A DNA stretch of 63,197 bases, filler included, from Licmophora abbreviata (lineage: Eukaryota): the NCBI GenBank assembly GCA_900291995.1. It is 8 parts of 8 records of this genome, joined end to end, with 100 filler letters (N's around TTAATTAATTAA, not from the genome) between each part and the next. Parts side by side here need not be neighbours in the genome. Positions count along the whole stretch, not along the records: positions 30,705 to 41,789 come from OLMU01000403.1; positions 41,890 to 54,419 come from OLMU01000406.1; 6 more parts are not named here. One strand, 5' to 3'. Positions 32,922-46,078 of this stretch are shown here, in pieces. The position numbers were made by a program, and so were the translations under genes. Each line of letters begins with the position of its first letter. Within the stretch, counting starts at the first letter, position 1. Under the pieces are notes generated by a model, which was given only the letters and a program-made list of their open reading frames with translations, was not told the origin of the DNA and searched no databases.

Positions 32922-34856
32922 ATGCGCATCAACATTGGCATAGTGTTGCTTCTAGTTCTCTTGCAAGCAAAACTTCATCTCTCCTTTCTCTCCTATCCGA
33001 AGAAAGTATGTCGACCACCAGCATGCGGTATTTCTCACCAAGTGCGTTTGATGTCTAAAACTCCCTTAGCAGCCTCCGCGACTCGCGTTGTGGTCATTGG
33101 TGGTGGTTGGGCTGGATTCAGCGTCGCTGACGCACTATCATCGCTTGAAGGGAACTCTTCGAGCTTCGAGGTTACGCTGCTGGATGCATCCCCGCGTGGC
33201 CAAGGTGGTCTTGCCGGAGGATGGAGAACAGCCAAATTGAACCGGCCCGTCGAAGCAGGGCTTCACGGATTCTGGAGAGAATACAAAAACACATTGGCAA
33301 CAATCGAAAGGATCGATGGAATTGAGATCGATGATGTACTGACGCCGTATACGCCATCCATCTTGGCCTCCGAGAGTGGACGAGTAGCTGTGGCACCAGT
33401 TCTGGCTGAAGGAATTACTTCCTCATCAGCAGAGTCCATCTCCGACCTAGACTGGACGAATCCTCAAGGCTTGATTGGCCGACTTTCAGACTTGCTTCCC
33501 CCACCACTCGATGTTGCCCTTCTTTCCGAATTCTCGCCCGACTCTCCCTTGTCGGTTGCCGACCGCATCTCTGGAATTGGATTGCTCCCTGCTTGGGCCG
33601 ATTTCGAACAAGAGGACCAGGACTCCTGGGAGCGCTACGATGCCGTGTCGGCAGAGAACCTCTTTTTATCAGCGGCCGGCGTATCGCCTGCATTGTATCG
33701 CGAGTTGGTATCGCCGCTCTTGCACGTATTGCCCATGACGCCCGGCTACGATTGCTCGGCCGCTGCGGCACTATCTTGCTTCCATGTGTTTGCGCTCCAA
33801 TCGCGCGGTGCCTTTGATGTTCGTTGGTGCCGTGGGACCATTGCAGAACGCATTTTCAATCCGTGGGCACAACAACTGCAGACACGGGGTAATGTACGAA
33901 TTCGCGGCTCGGCCAAAGCGACGGGGCTCTCGCAAGACGGATCAACATATACTGTGACTGTCAATGAAAACGAACACCTGACATGCGACGCCATTGTCTT
34001 TGCTGTCGGTGGGACCTCCATGAAGCGCCTACTGCCATTGTGCCCTCCGCTAGCACAGTGTCCTATTTCACGAGAGTTTCAGAAGCTCCGTGGTGTCACA
34101 TGTGTTGCTGTGCGAATATTTCTTCGCCCGCATACGGTCGTCACCTCCAATCTGGTGGGAGGCACGTATAGTTCGACACAGCTGCCGCCACACATAGCTC
34201 GTGCCATGCATGATTCTCCGGTTGTTGTTTGTGGTCCACGGATAGGCAACATTCCAGAACTGGTCGAAACGGGATTCTGTATTTACGATCTGCAGCGCTT
34301 GCATGACGAATTTTCAGTATCGACGCAAGCACGTGACGAGACGAATAAAACATGTGCGGTACTGGAGGTTGACTTCTTCCGTGCAGATGGGATTGCTAAT
34401 ATCAAAAATGACCGGGAGGTTGCCAAACTTGCCCTACGAGCCGTTTCAGCAGCTTTGGACGTGGAAGACATAGACATAGGTCTACTGTTGGATGTCGCAG
34501 TTGTCCGGGCGCGTGATGCCGTGTCTCACTTTTGTGTTGGGTCAGCCTCCGCATCACCGGATGTACGGTTACACAAAGGCATTTACATGTCTGGGGACTG
34601 GATTGATCGCACCGGTCATGCTTCTTGGAGTACAGAAAAGGCTGTTGTAACAGGTCGCCAAGCAGCCAAAGCGCTAGCGGCCGACTTTGGAGTACCATGT
34701 GAGAGCATTGATGTCGAACCGGCCGTTCCGGATTCTGTCCAGCTTTCTGCTTTACGCCAGTTTGCCCGGATACTACGAACAGCCATGCCTCCCTTTGGAA
34801 GCGGTATTGCTATATCTCCATTAGTACTGGCGAAACAGCTCAGTGGGAAGCAGTAG
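32922..34856 (+). CDS. Flavin-containing amine oxidase / carotene desaturase-family oxidoreductase (start uncertain)
   Basis: VVVIGGGWAG dinucleotide fold, GGLAGGWRT, EAGLHGFWREY, C-terminal GDW..G..SWSTEKAVVTGRQAA; hydrophobic N-terminal presequence. Confidence 0.88.
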   Translation: MRINIGIVLLLVLLQAKLHLSFLSYPKKVCRPPACGISHQVRLMSKTPLAASATRVVVIGGGWAGFSVADALSSLEGNSSSFEVTLLDASPRGQGGLAGGWRTAKLNRPVEAGLHGFWREYKNTLATIERIDGIEIDDVLTPYTPSILASESGRVAVAPVLAEGITSSSAESISDLDWTNPQGLIGRLSDLLPPPLDVALLSEFSPDSPLSVADRISGIGLLPAWADFEQEDQDSWERYDAVSAENLFLSAAGVSPALYRELVSPLLHVLPMTPGYDCSAAAALSCFHVFALQSRGAFDVRWCRGTIAERIFNPWAQQLQTRGNVRIRGSAKATGLSQDGSTYTVTVNENEHLTCDAIVFAVGGTSMKRLLPLCPPLAQCPISREFQKLRGVTCVAVRIFLRPHTVVTSNLVGGTYSSTQLPPHIARAMHDSPVVVCGPRIGNIPELVETGFCIYDLQRLHDEFSVSTQARDETNKTCAVLEVDFFRADGIANIKNDREVAKLALRAVSAALDVEDIDIGLLLDVAVVRARDAVSHFCVGSASASPDVRLHKGIYMSGDWIDRTGHASWSTEKAVVTGRQAAKALAADFGVPCESIDVEPAVPDSVQLSALRQFARILRTAMPPFGSGIAISPLVLAKQLSGKQ

Positions 34857-34954
34857 AGTCGTTCAGTGCTTTGAAGGACTATTCAGTTCTAAAAGTAATA
34901 CTGCAGTCGCTGTACACTCTTTCGCTGGAACCGCGCATCCCTAACGTGTAGCGA

Positions 34955-37813
34955 CTACATTAAGTCAATTAGGATCAATTCGGCATCGGCAGCCAACTCA
35001 CCCGCAAGATGCATCGATTGCTCGATGCCTTGATCGCAAGGATTGATCTTCCCGCCAAGGATTGCCTGTTCGATGTAAAAGAGTTTCCTCATGAGAACGA
35101 GGGCTTTCTCATGATCGACCTCGAGGAAAGACTCAAGTCTTGCCTAGAGTGGGAGCGCCGTGTGAGCAGGGAAAGATTTGGCGGGAGATACGACTTAGCC
35201 AGCATAGAGAATATTTGAGCGGGGGCGTACCTTGACTCTCGGGAGGAACGATATTCGGGCTTTATTCCTTCGTGCTCTCTTCGTCTTCGGGGTTAGCGAG
35301 TTGACAGCCTGGGCGTTTTGGGAGATCGACGCTTCGTCTCGACGAGCAGGGGCTGGAACTTGGGATGAAAGTCCGGCATCGCCAAGGAATCTGTACGAAA
35401 CTTTACGCTTTAAGAGAGGCAGTGAGCCGGCTGGCGATGAGATGGCGAGGAACGGATCACTGGCTGGGATACTGTGTCCGCCATCGCTTGCAGAGGTTGT
35501 AGGGGTTGCACTCCCGTACAGTGGGGTGTTCCCATTGGCACGCGATACGTCAGGCACGCTCGATGTCATTGTTGACATAGGCTCAGACGACACCGACGCA
35601 TTGCCTCCAGTTTCGTTGACAACGGGAGAAAAGTAGTGCTGATGCAACCGCCATAGTTCAGACGAGTCAAAAGATCTCCTGTCGAGCGAATTGAGATGAT
35701 GCATGTTGCTGCTAAGCCAGTCCATTATCCTTCGTTTTCGCAACGGGTCAGGCACCGATGGTTTCGTTGTTCCCTTAAGTGGTGCGACAAACGATCTCGG
35801 TGTATTGGACAAAGTTGTGTCACACAACAGCTGTTCAATGCTTGGTTCCGCTCCTAATCTGTCCTTCGCCGAATGGGCAACCGTCTCTTCCACCATAACA
35901 GCGTCCTCTGCAACAGAAGATTCCATTTCCAGCTGATTCGGATCGATAGCGAACACATCCTCAGCATGCTCTCTCAACGATGCGAAAGCTTTCCTAGCAA
36001 CATCTACTACGACGGCCGCCTCCAACGGACCACACCGTTTCGCACTTGTCGACGACTCTGGGAGAAAATTCAGTGGATCAAGCTCCTTCTCACCTGACGA
36101 CTTGTCGTCGTCCACGTGCACCTGCTCCCACATAAGATGGACAAAGCTCAAAACCTGCTTGTTCGACCAATTTTGAAGTGCCTCTGGCATTCCGATTGTC
36201 ACAAGTATTGCTAAGATTAAGAAATGATGGGCGAAAAGAGATCAAGGTGAGTCATTGCCCGAGAGACCATCCGATAGCTCCCCCAAAAGTACGTACGTCC
36301 TAGCTTGAAACCAGTCAACCTTCGCAATGACGTTGAGCTATTCGAAACAACGCCGGCAGCAACGTGTCGTTGTCCTCCATGTTCGATAAAACATCTCACC
36401 AAAGAAATCGTACTTAACGAGCGGTTGTATGCCAACGCAAAGGCGATAACCTTTGCCGTGGACGTGTCGATGCTATTTCCCGACAGCGAGAGGGATACGA
36501 GATTCTGCGTCTGCGCTACCACCTTCATCAAAGTCTTCATGCCACCGGATTTGATCGAATTGAAACCGACATCCAGAACTTCTAGCGTCTTGATGTGGGG
36601 TAAAATAGCCGCCACCTGCTGGGCCCCGCTATCCCCAATGTTGTTGTTATCCAGATGCAGCTCACGAAGCGTTGACGATCCCCACATTGCGTTCATGAGC
36701 GAGTCTAAGCCCTTGCAAGAAATATTGTTAAACGAAAGTTGCAATGACTCCAAGGGAAGCTTGTCTCGATTTTTCTTGACACCCGACGCCAACATTTCAA
36801 GTTCAGTATCTCCAATAGAGCAGTTCGCCAAGGATATTACGCGGAGTGTGGTGCTGCATTGGAACATTCGTGCCACTGATACACAGCCAGCAGATCCCAT
36901 ACTCGTGCCTCCTAGAAACAGCTCTTCCACTCCAGTGTATTGCGACTCAATCGTTGGAGGTGCAATGCTACGCATCTGGAGCTCCATTCCATTAGACGCG
37001 TTGTCGGTAACTCTACGCTCTTCCTCTTCAATGATGGCTTCCGTGATAGCCTTGACTCCGTCTGACCCTAATCGATTTCCAGTCAAATGCAATCGTTTCA
37101 GTGAGCAGCCGCTCCGTATCACGTCCGCAAGGGCTTGTGCGCCGTTCTTCCCAATAAGATTGCCCGCAAGATACAGAGTGCCCAGGTTGCCATTCTGCGG
37201 CTGCCTACTATTAGACTGCGATGGACGACATGATCTGCGAATTGCACCTGCCAGTGCCTGACACCCTTCGTCCCCGACGTTGTTGAAACCGAGATCAAGG
37301 GACTCGAGGGATCGGTGCACTGCTATTCCAGGTGCAAGAATGATCGAGCCTTCGTCGCTCAAGTTGTTGTAACAAAGCTTCAGTACACACAGGTTGGAAT
37401 TCTGAACAAGTGCCATTTTCACCAGCTTCGCATCCGAAGGCCTCAATGAACGCTGCGAAAGGTCAATCTACAATGGAAAGTAGCAAGCACAAAGCGCAGG
37501 GAATTAGAAAGCCAGCTGCAACCCGATTGTCAGCATTTTGTACGAACTGAGCACACACCTTTGTCAGCGAGCGACGCATCAGAGCCTCTGATAGACGTTT
37601 CAGAACGCTCTCTCGTGTGGGTCGTGTGTTTGGTATCCCCAACGCGTGTTCGCTGGTAGTCGACGCTGCGAAGGAAACAGGCGATACCGGCGAACGGTTC
37701 TCCACTGCCAAGGATTTCGGTGCCGGTTGTATCCGTGAAGATCCTTCCGACGACGACATGTCCGATTCATCGCTGCTCTGATCAACAGGGAACGCCCGCG
37801 GCATGTCCATCAT
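34955..37813 (-). CDS. RNI-like leucine-rich repeat protein; introns 37468-37558, 36211-36296, 35144-35230
   Basis: Repeated LxxLxLxxNxIGxxG units; canonical GT-AG junctions keep frame to ...ILIDLM*. Confidence 0.87.
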
Positions 37814-38371
37814 GCTCAAATCTTCCTTATGCCTCCTCTTCGTGAGTCACGCTGGGGTCCCAAACTTGCACTTGGTAGAATTTTTTCTGGTACCTGGGTA
37901 CAAGTACTGCACGCTGTTCTGTACGCCGGCGCTTCTTCGTTTCTTCACTGACGTTCCCCTCTATTGGATAACTCTCTCGCTCCCATTACTTGTGATTTCA
38001 ATTGGCTTTTGGAATGCAGTCTTCCCAACGCAAAAGACTGGAAAGCGTTCTCTTCTGCTCGCCTGTGGCTGGTTTTGAGCCTTTTGGCCGGTTTGTTCTC
38101 TCTGTTCCACCTCTGCGTCCAGATTGCCGATTACCGACGGAGCTTGTTCTGGTACTGATTCCACCGTTGTGTTGTACGGATCCAACTGGAGCATTTTGAT
38201 TGGACGATGGAGGAAGATGAGAGCACAGAGGTCTGCCCGTCAGACGTCGTATAAATTTGCGAACCGGTTTGTGTTTATACTATTCAAAACTGTCAAGTCA
38301 ATACAATATTATCAGCTATGTATACTATTCGAATACCACATCTGATGGATAGAGAATTTTGTCCTCTGTCG

Positions 38372-38439
38372 GAGTGAGCGTCGACTCCACAGGTATACAT
38401 ACTAGTATGTACCTGCACATGTGTCGACTCGACTCACTC
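38372..38439. repeat. Imperfect inverted repeat (hairpin) in divergent intergenic region
   Basis: GAGTGAG-c-GTCGAC-tcca-CAGGTA-ta-CATACTAGTATG-TACCTG-cacatgt-GTCGAC-tcga-CTCACTC. Confidence 0.75.
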
Positions 38440-38701
38440 TTGTATCACATCTTCATAAGCATGCATGATAAGAGGCAGTTCAAATAATTGGGTCACGCAA
38501 GCCAGTCTTGGAGAGCCTGTGGTTATTGGTCACGACCTCCGATACGTCGTAATAGCACGCAACAAAAGGAAACGCTTGTCACAAGCACCGTATCATACCT
38601 GTCGCAGATATAGATGCGAACGGTTGTTGCTGACACGAGCTGAAAGCTGGACACGTGCTCCCCTGAGTGCGAACCATTTTCAGAGAACCCCGTCTCACAA
38701 A

Positions 38702-40974
38702 ATGGCATCTATGAACAGCAGACGGCGGTTTTCTCGCGGCTCCCGGCCTTCCATGGCGCGGCGTTCCTCCAGGCTTGCCATGTCACGCAAAGATCACTAC
38801 ACCACCACACTGAACACGCTATCCGTCAGCTTCATCGCTCCGAATCAAGTTCACATTTCGGTCAACGAAAATACTCCTACCGAGGTGCAGAGAAGGTCCC
38901 AGGCACTTGATGAAATCGATGTGCTCACTCCAACGGTCACGTCAACATCTTGTGACGAGCATGTCACACCACCTTCTAGAAGTCGCCCGTTTATTCGGCG
39001 AAGAGATCAACGCTCCATAGAGTATCACCATCAAGGATACGTCACTTCGCTGAGTTTCGATGGAGCGGACGAACTCGAAGATCCAATTCGATCGAAGGCC
39101 CAGCATGTTGAAGATTCAAATACTGTAACGCTTTCGCTTGCTCTCGCCGAATCAGAAGAATCTTCCTTAGCAGATTGCATCGAAGATGAAGCTTTGAAGG
39201 GCTTCGATCGGTCGCGAGTTGACTTGAGCTCGTTGGACGAAGCGTTGGTGGACGCCGTTAGTCACGTCAAGAAACCCTCAACCTCGTTCTTGGCGTTTCG
39301 ACTGAACTATCTACTCGTCACTATGGCAATTATGCTTGCGGATGGACTGCAAGGTACGTGAACACGAGGCATGGGAAATATCCAATGTGGTTTGATTCGA
39401 TCACTCACATTTCGTTTCTTTTTGACCATACGCTGAACGTAGGAACGCATCTCTATGTACTCTACGAAAATTACGGCTACTCCGTAGCATCCCTCTACTG
39501 TCTTGGCTTTGTCACAGGAGCCGTGACCATGCCGATTACGGGTCCTCTTGTGGACCGGTTTGGTCGTAAGAAGTCAGCGCTGGTGTACTGCGCTCTAGAG
39601 ATCTTCATCAACATGCTCGAGCAGTTCCCATTTCTCGCTGGTCTCATTGCAAGCCGTATGATTGGTGGCATCACCACGAACCTACTGTCGTCCGTCTTTG
39701 AGACTTGGCTCGATACCGAGTATCGTCGTCAAGGCTTTGATCAGGAAAAATACGAAATTGTAATGAGGGACTCAGTGGTTGTTGGCAATCTAGCGGCTAT
39801 TGCTTCTGGATACTTCGCTCATGAACTTGCCGCTCGTCGTGGCCTCGAAGGGCCTTTTGAAGGAGCTGTTGGCTTTACCATCCTTGCCTTTGTCGTGGTT
39901 GTGGGCATGTGGACTGAGAACTATGGGTGTGACAAACCGGGGAGTAAGGGTGTCACGAGCTACTTGACAGATGCGGTATCCGCCTTTCGGAGCGACTCGA
40001 AGCTTCTTCGTGTTGGAATCATCCAAGGCTGTACCGCTGGATCCGTTCAAATCTTCATTTTTCTCTGGTCACCGGCTTTGCGAGAGCTAGCACAAAACGC
40101 ACCTGTTTCAACGCTGGGCCTTGACGTACAAGGTGAACCGGCATACGGTCTGATCTTTGGAGCATTCATGTTTGCCGGTGTTCTTGGTGGGGTCTTTGCT
40201 CCCCTTGTCCGGAAAGGAGTGACGATGTTGCTTTCTCCGCTTGGCCGACCTTCGGATGACACCGTCGAAGTCGAAGGAGAAGGGATAGTTCGGCCAATGG
40301 CAGTCGAATTTCTTGCGGCGCTTTGTTACATTCTATGCGCTGCGCTTCTCCTTACGCCGTGCTTAGTTTCATCCGATGGCGTTGTGTCGTTCTCTCTGGC
40401 CTTGGGAGCCTTCCTTGTCTACGAGCTCATTGTCGGCATCTACATGCCTTGCGAAGGGGTTATTCGATCACTTTATATCCCTTCCGACTCTCGCTGTTCG
40501 TTGTTGACCCTGCCTAGGATCATAGTCAACATTGCAGTCGCTGCTGGGGTCATTTCGACCAACGTTGTCTCGTAAGTTGCATGCGCATGTGTACTCAACG
40601 TGTGCTTGTTTGGCGTCAAGATCAAATCTCTCAAACTGTATCGCCCTCTTTGTTGCTTGCGCAGATTGACAACGGCTTTCTGTGCCGTGTCAGCCTTGAT
40701 GGCCTTCTCGGCCGCTCTTCAACTTAGCCTGGTCTCCAAGCGTGAATGGGCTAGTCTCTTCGGACGAATGGACCGCCTGAAGCAACGTGCTGTTCGATCC
40801 TTGTCCTTTTCGACCACCGAGACATCGGTTAGCTCTCTTAAGAGCGACCGCTGCACTCTCCAATGGTCCAAGTCGAGTCCTCTGGAGGCCCTTCTCGATC
40901 GTTCAGCCTCGTTCGTCTTTGAAGGCCCGAGTTCTGATGGTGACGATTCCTTCTTTGAAAAGAAGCACAACTAG
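38702..40974 (+). CDS. MFS_5 (MFSD5/MOT2-type molybdate-anion) transporter; introns 39355-39442 and 40572-40664
   Basis: YLLV..IMLADGLQG|THLYVLYENYG, G.LVDRFGRK, GGITTNLLSSVFETW, IFIFLWSPAL, YGLIFGAFM. Confidence 0.88.
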
Positions 40975-41429
40975 TTTAAGCTTCAGAACTAAAACAACAA
41001 CGTTACCGCTATGCTGACTTCTTAGATCTACCGGTACCGCTCCCTTGGCCATTCGAGGTGCGATCGGATACTGACTGGTGCCGCCATTCTCCCCAATAGC
41101 TTGTCACGGGACCAAACCCGAATTTCAGTCACGAGTTGTACTTTGAATGTTGTGGTGTTCGTACCCAGCGAACACAAAATCGAGTCACTAGGAAAAGCAA
41201 AAAGTCATTGAGAAAGAGCACACACCGCCAATGCCAGCATAGAGGCATGGCTTGAATCGATATCAGCGAGCGCCTTCTTCTTTGCAATTCACATTCCGAC
41301 ATTCGTTGAGTGTCGAAAACAAGCTCGACATAACCTTGCAAGCGAAGTTCGTGTCGACATCTACGTTGGTTGAGTGCTTTGAGACCTAGTCGAAGCTGTT
41401 CTCGGGTGACATTCGTTGTTCTTTCCGCG

Positions 41430-41789
41430 ATGCAGAACGCATACGCAAATTCTCGTTCTCGTGGAGCTCACGCCCTCCCTCCAAAGACGACGCTAAAGTC
41501 CAGTGGCAGGAGGTCATCGGGGTGGACCCCTTTGGTTTTTCCAGCTTCCGCGTTGATGCAAGATTCGGGCATTCCCGAAAATGACCCTCAGACGGCGAAT
41601 CCCTACTTTCCGCTGCACAGAGATGTCCTTCGCGCCGCTGTGAGGGAACTGCTGATCCTCAACGGACAGGTGGACGGCTGCACACTGAAAGTGAACTCAC
41701 TGGTGTTTTCTGCCAATCCAGGATCGAGAAAGCGAACTCTGAACGACAGCAAAGAACATGCCTCACGGAAGATAGGAAAGGAGCGTGTT
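41430..41789 (+). CDS. Possible hypothetical protein, truncated by gap
   Basis: Open frame running into the N block; no recognisable motif. Confidence 0.25.
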
Positions 41790-41889
41790 NNNNNNNNNNN
41801 NNNNNNNNNNNNNNNNNNNNNNNNNNNNNNNNNTTAATTAATTAANNNNNNNNNNNNNNNNNNNNNNNNNNNNNNNNNNNNNNNNNNNN
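41790..41889. other. Scaffold gap with linker
   Basis: N block with TTAATTAATTAA. Confidence 0.98.
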
Positions 41890-42075
41890 AAGCCACCCTT
41901 GGTACCATACCATCCTTTTGCATCCTATCATACAGCTGCACCAAACGTATCGTAGAGATCGTACTGCCATTGTGGATTGAACGCGGACTGCGTTTTCGTT
42001 GTTCAGCAGCTCGGAAAGTACTAGCCTGGTTCGGGAAAAAAAAGGTTGATTCTATTATGATAGTATCATGTAACA

Positions 42076-45000
42076 TCAACTGAACTTAAGCATGAAGACT
42101 TCCAACCGCTTCCTAACACTGTCGTCCACGGGCTCAACTCGATCGTGGCGACCGGGACTCCCCGCAAGAAATGAAATCCTATCCTTAAATTGAACTTCGA
42201 CGTTGATTCCAAGAAGAACGTCCTTTGCAAAGGTGGATGCATAACACACACACGAGCGGCAGGACACAAAAGGTTGATGAGATGGCGAAGTCTATATATA
42301 CTGCAAGCACGTCAATTTGCAGCGTACCCTACTGTGAGCAGCCGCTAGTAGTGCGTCGTATCGATCAGTCCCCGCTTCAATGAATGGCTCGTCGAGATCG
42401 TCGCTGGTGAAGTACTTGGGACTGTAGTGACTTCTTATGATCGAATGCGCAGTTTCAGATCTTGCCAAGCCCTCCAGACACACTTCAATCAATGTGTTCA
42501 AGCGAAAGAGTGCCTCGCTGGATAGCCGTGAGCTGTGCGACTCACCAGCAGACGGCAGTAGCGAGACCAACGCTGCCAGCCACAGCAGTCGAGAAAAATT
42601 ATCGAGCTCGTCGGGTATCTGTCGAAAATATAGGTCGAGCAGCGTCGCGCAATCAAAAGCATCACCCATCGGTAGCACTGCGTCTACAAGTGACGGATCG
42701 GCAATCAGACATCTTGCTAGGGCATTCATGTAAAATCTGATGGTGTGGAACGGCTCGCAGTCTCTGTCGTTCCGCAAATAAGCAGCACAGGACTTGAGCA
42801 TTGCCGCCACGGCCCCAGAGTGGAGGAGCATTCTTCCGCCGTCCAAGGGATATTCACGCAGCACTGTCTCTATCACCGTATACACATGCATCGCACCACG
42901 CGGGCGAACATTGCCGATTGTAGCCACGAGGAGGGAGCCAAGAGTGTTTACGTGCTCAGAAAGAAACGCCGCTCCTCCAAGGAGTACGTACAATTCAGCA
43001 ACCAACATGATAATCCTTCAGGAGAACAGTCACGACAAGTACATGTGAGCAACGCAAACGTGAAGACCAGAGAAGCAAACTGTGACACACGGCGTTGCCG
43101 TACCGTAGATGCTCAAAGTCAATGGCGATAAGTTCAGTGGTCCTCGAGAAAAGCTTCCCGATTTCAGAGGAATAAGTAGGCGAAAGACGAAGTGTGATCA
43201 GCAAGAGGACCAGCACTTCTTCGACCAAGAATGAGTGGTCGTTCTGTTTCAAAGGGTCCAAGACATCATCGATAATCGGAAGCACTATAGGCATCAGATG
43301 ACGGATGTCGACCTTGTATGCCACTTCGTTCAACACTGCTATCGCATAACTGCGGAGAGAGACACGGTGCGCAGTTGCATAGCTCCATAAGGAAGGAATT
43401 GGCTCCACGGACGCTCTTGCAATCTCAACAGAGAGTATGTGCCCTGCTCCGTGAAGGAACGAAAGAACCCCTCTTATGGCGTCAAGGGAGACTATCTGAG
43501 CTTCCACGGTCATGCACTCGCCGGTAAAAGACGTACAGCGCTCGAATCAGAGCTTCCGCAATATCAATCACGTGTTCTTTCGTGACCTCAAAGTTGTTCA
43601 AGAGAGAAGTGATAACCCTTATTGCGGAGAGCTTGACAGCAACATCCGTCACTAACGAGGTTGTGGACGTAGCAACATGCACAAGGGCTCTGAAGGCATG
43701 CGCATCCGGCGGCATCCTCGAACTGTTACACCCGATAAGCCAAATAGTACGGCGGCGGAGTAGCGGGAGGCAGCTTGTTGAGTCGGCGATGGGACCATTT
43801 GTTTCTAGGAGACAAGCAACTGCACGGTTGGTTGCTTCGATAGTAGGGCCTAGCACAATCCTGTACCACTCTACAAAGTGACGGTCCAAGTACTCGGCTG
43901 CAAGTCCAGCTGCCATGTAGAGTGCTTCCCACACACGAACAGAAGGATGCGACATCATACCAATGGGACATGTCATTTGCTCTCTGCGAAAAGCCTCGGA
44001 CTGTGCGACATCCATAGTCAAAAAGGCAAGGAGGCGTGAAACGACGGTTTCACCTCGAATCGATTCCACAAGCGCGCAAAAGAGACTCTGAGATGCAGCC
44101 TGTACGTCATGCTCCGCACTCCGCGCGTCCTCCTCACTAAAATACTCCTCCGGATCTACACTCCACTCCAAGAGGTGCTCGTCCGACGTAATCATGAGAT
44201 GACACATGCACAACGTGGCAAGACTGGAAACCATAGCATCCGAGAAGAATTCATTCCATGTGGTAGTGGCAGCGTGCTGTACATCGGCTGCTAGTAGCGT
44301 CGTATCACCCTTCTCTGTGATTCGTGTACCAGTAATAGAAGTCAGTGCCACAGCTTCATTCTTGGTTTCATCCGGCACGTATGAAGAGCAGCCTGCAACA
44401 TTCGCCAAGAAACGGAGCGCCAGCAAGGTTATTTCGTCGGACATTCGTCTTGGACTCGAAACGCGGGATTCGTAGTAGGCCAATTCCAAGACAGGATCTC
44501 TGTTAGTTGGAACATTACTGTGCTCTAGGAACAAGATCACTTGAAACAGACGCAAGAACCGGCCTAAGAAGCGACCAAATGCCACTGGATGCACGTCTTG
44601 AACAGTCACAACCATTTCCCAAAGTTCCAAGCACAACTGATGATCTACTGGCTTGATGATGATCTCATCCACTCCATCAACAAAACTCTTCTGGATTGTG
44701 CGTTCCGACCACGTTAGAATGGAACTCATGAGCTGATCCACCGCCAAGGCGCAGTGGACGGATTCCAATAGAGCTGGAAGCGCCGAGCGAACAAGATAGC
44801 TCAGACACTGAACAATGAGTATGCGCCACTCTGCGACAATCGGACTCGTCGTCTCTTGCAACACAACCATCAGCAAGCTCTCCACCAAGGTGGAAACATG
44901 AGAAAGGGCAATCGAAGAAATGTATTGCTTGTCTCTCAACAGTCGTTTCTCGCCCAACACGTCCAAGATTGCCTCCAGCGCGGACGCGGCATTCCGTCTT

Positions 45001-45587
45001 TGCATGAGGATGGTATCATTGGACGTCAAGGATGCATTGGGAACAGTAGCATGGACGATGAGAGTCGGAATGAGGTCTGGAAAGGAAGTTAAATCCAAAC
45101 GAGCAATTTGAACCAACGTTCCTACCAGAGAAGACTGCAAGGTTCGATCGAACACGACAGAGTTGACATCGTATAGGTGCTTGCTATTTTGTGGGTCGAC
45201 AGAGTGTAGTGAAGATTCCAAGAGTACTGGCTTCTCTCCGGTCGTAACCACCATGTGCAAGACGACATGACGAATCTTGTCTTTGACGTCTTCCTCCAAG
45301 TACAAAAGCTGAGCACTGCGGCGATTGCGACCCCGATCTTTCCATGTTTTGGAAATGGCAGCCTTGAGAGCAAGCACCGCAGCGAGTCGAAGGTTGGGAG
45401 TGGTAGTAGTAATCGTCGGGAGTGATGGTGTCGTACACAGCATCCATACGAGCAGACACTCTGCGTACGTGCTGGGAGACTGTTCCTGCCAGGACAACAA
45501 GACTGTTTCCGCTTCCTTGACATGAACTCCAGACGTCAGACTTTCCAAGGCAATCTTGACAGTGTCGATTGTCAGTGGCTGCTGCAT
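42076..45587 (-). CDS. Importin-beta family HEAT-repeat protein (importin-11/Kap120-like); introns 43016-43103 and about 42224-42327; apparent frameshift at 43526-43529
   Basis: IBN_N-like EAETVL...LRLAAVLALKAAISKTWK, IARLD..FPDL, EWSVDPEEY, LLRRRTIWLIG, DVAVKL. Confidence 0.8.
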
Positions 45588-46078
45588 GATGATGATGCGT
45601 CCTCGACGTCGATATAGAGAAAGTATGATACTACCCTCACGGCTACGGAAATGGCGCCAAACTTCAAATCTGAACCAAACTCAATCTCGAGAGTTCATCA
45701 GACACTATTCCCATATTTAATGACCAGTATCAGCTAGTGTCCCATCTAGAACCGCTAATTTCATGCTTCGATCTCCTTGTGTCGGAGAGCGACGGGTGAT
45801 CGTAATACCAAATTTGCGATGTTATGTGCTCATCATGCGCCGCGTCGCGTCGTCGCCGCGTTATTGCGGGCTTTTCTGCTGAAAGAGCTCGAAATATTCA
45901 ACTCTCGGTCGAGTCGAGTCAGTCAGTCGACTGATGACAAGACTGCGGAGACACAAAAAGACAAACTGCGACGGCGTTGCTGCTCTTCCGTATTGTATAT
46001 GCTACTGTGGCAATTGCTGTCGCTGCGATACGATCTTGCCTTTGTCCGTGTCCCACCGAGGTCTGCTATTGAACAAAG

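Noticed and set aside
36305..37261. 318-aa antisense ORF over the LRR gene
   Set aside because: Shadow ORF opposite a well-supported gene; no motifs of its own
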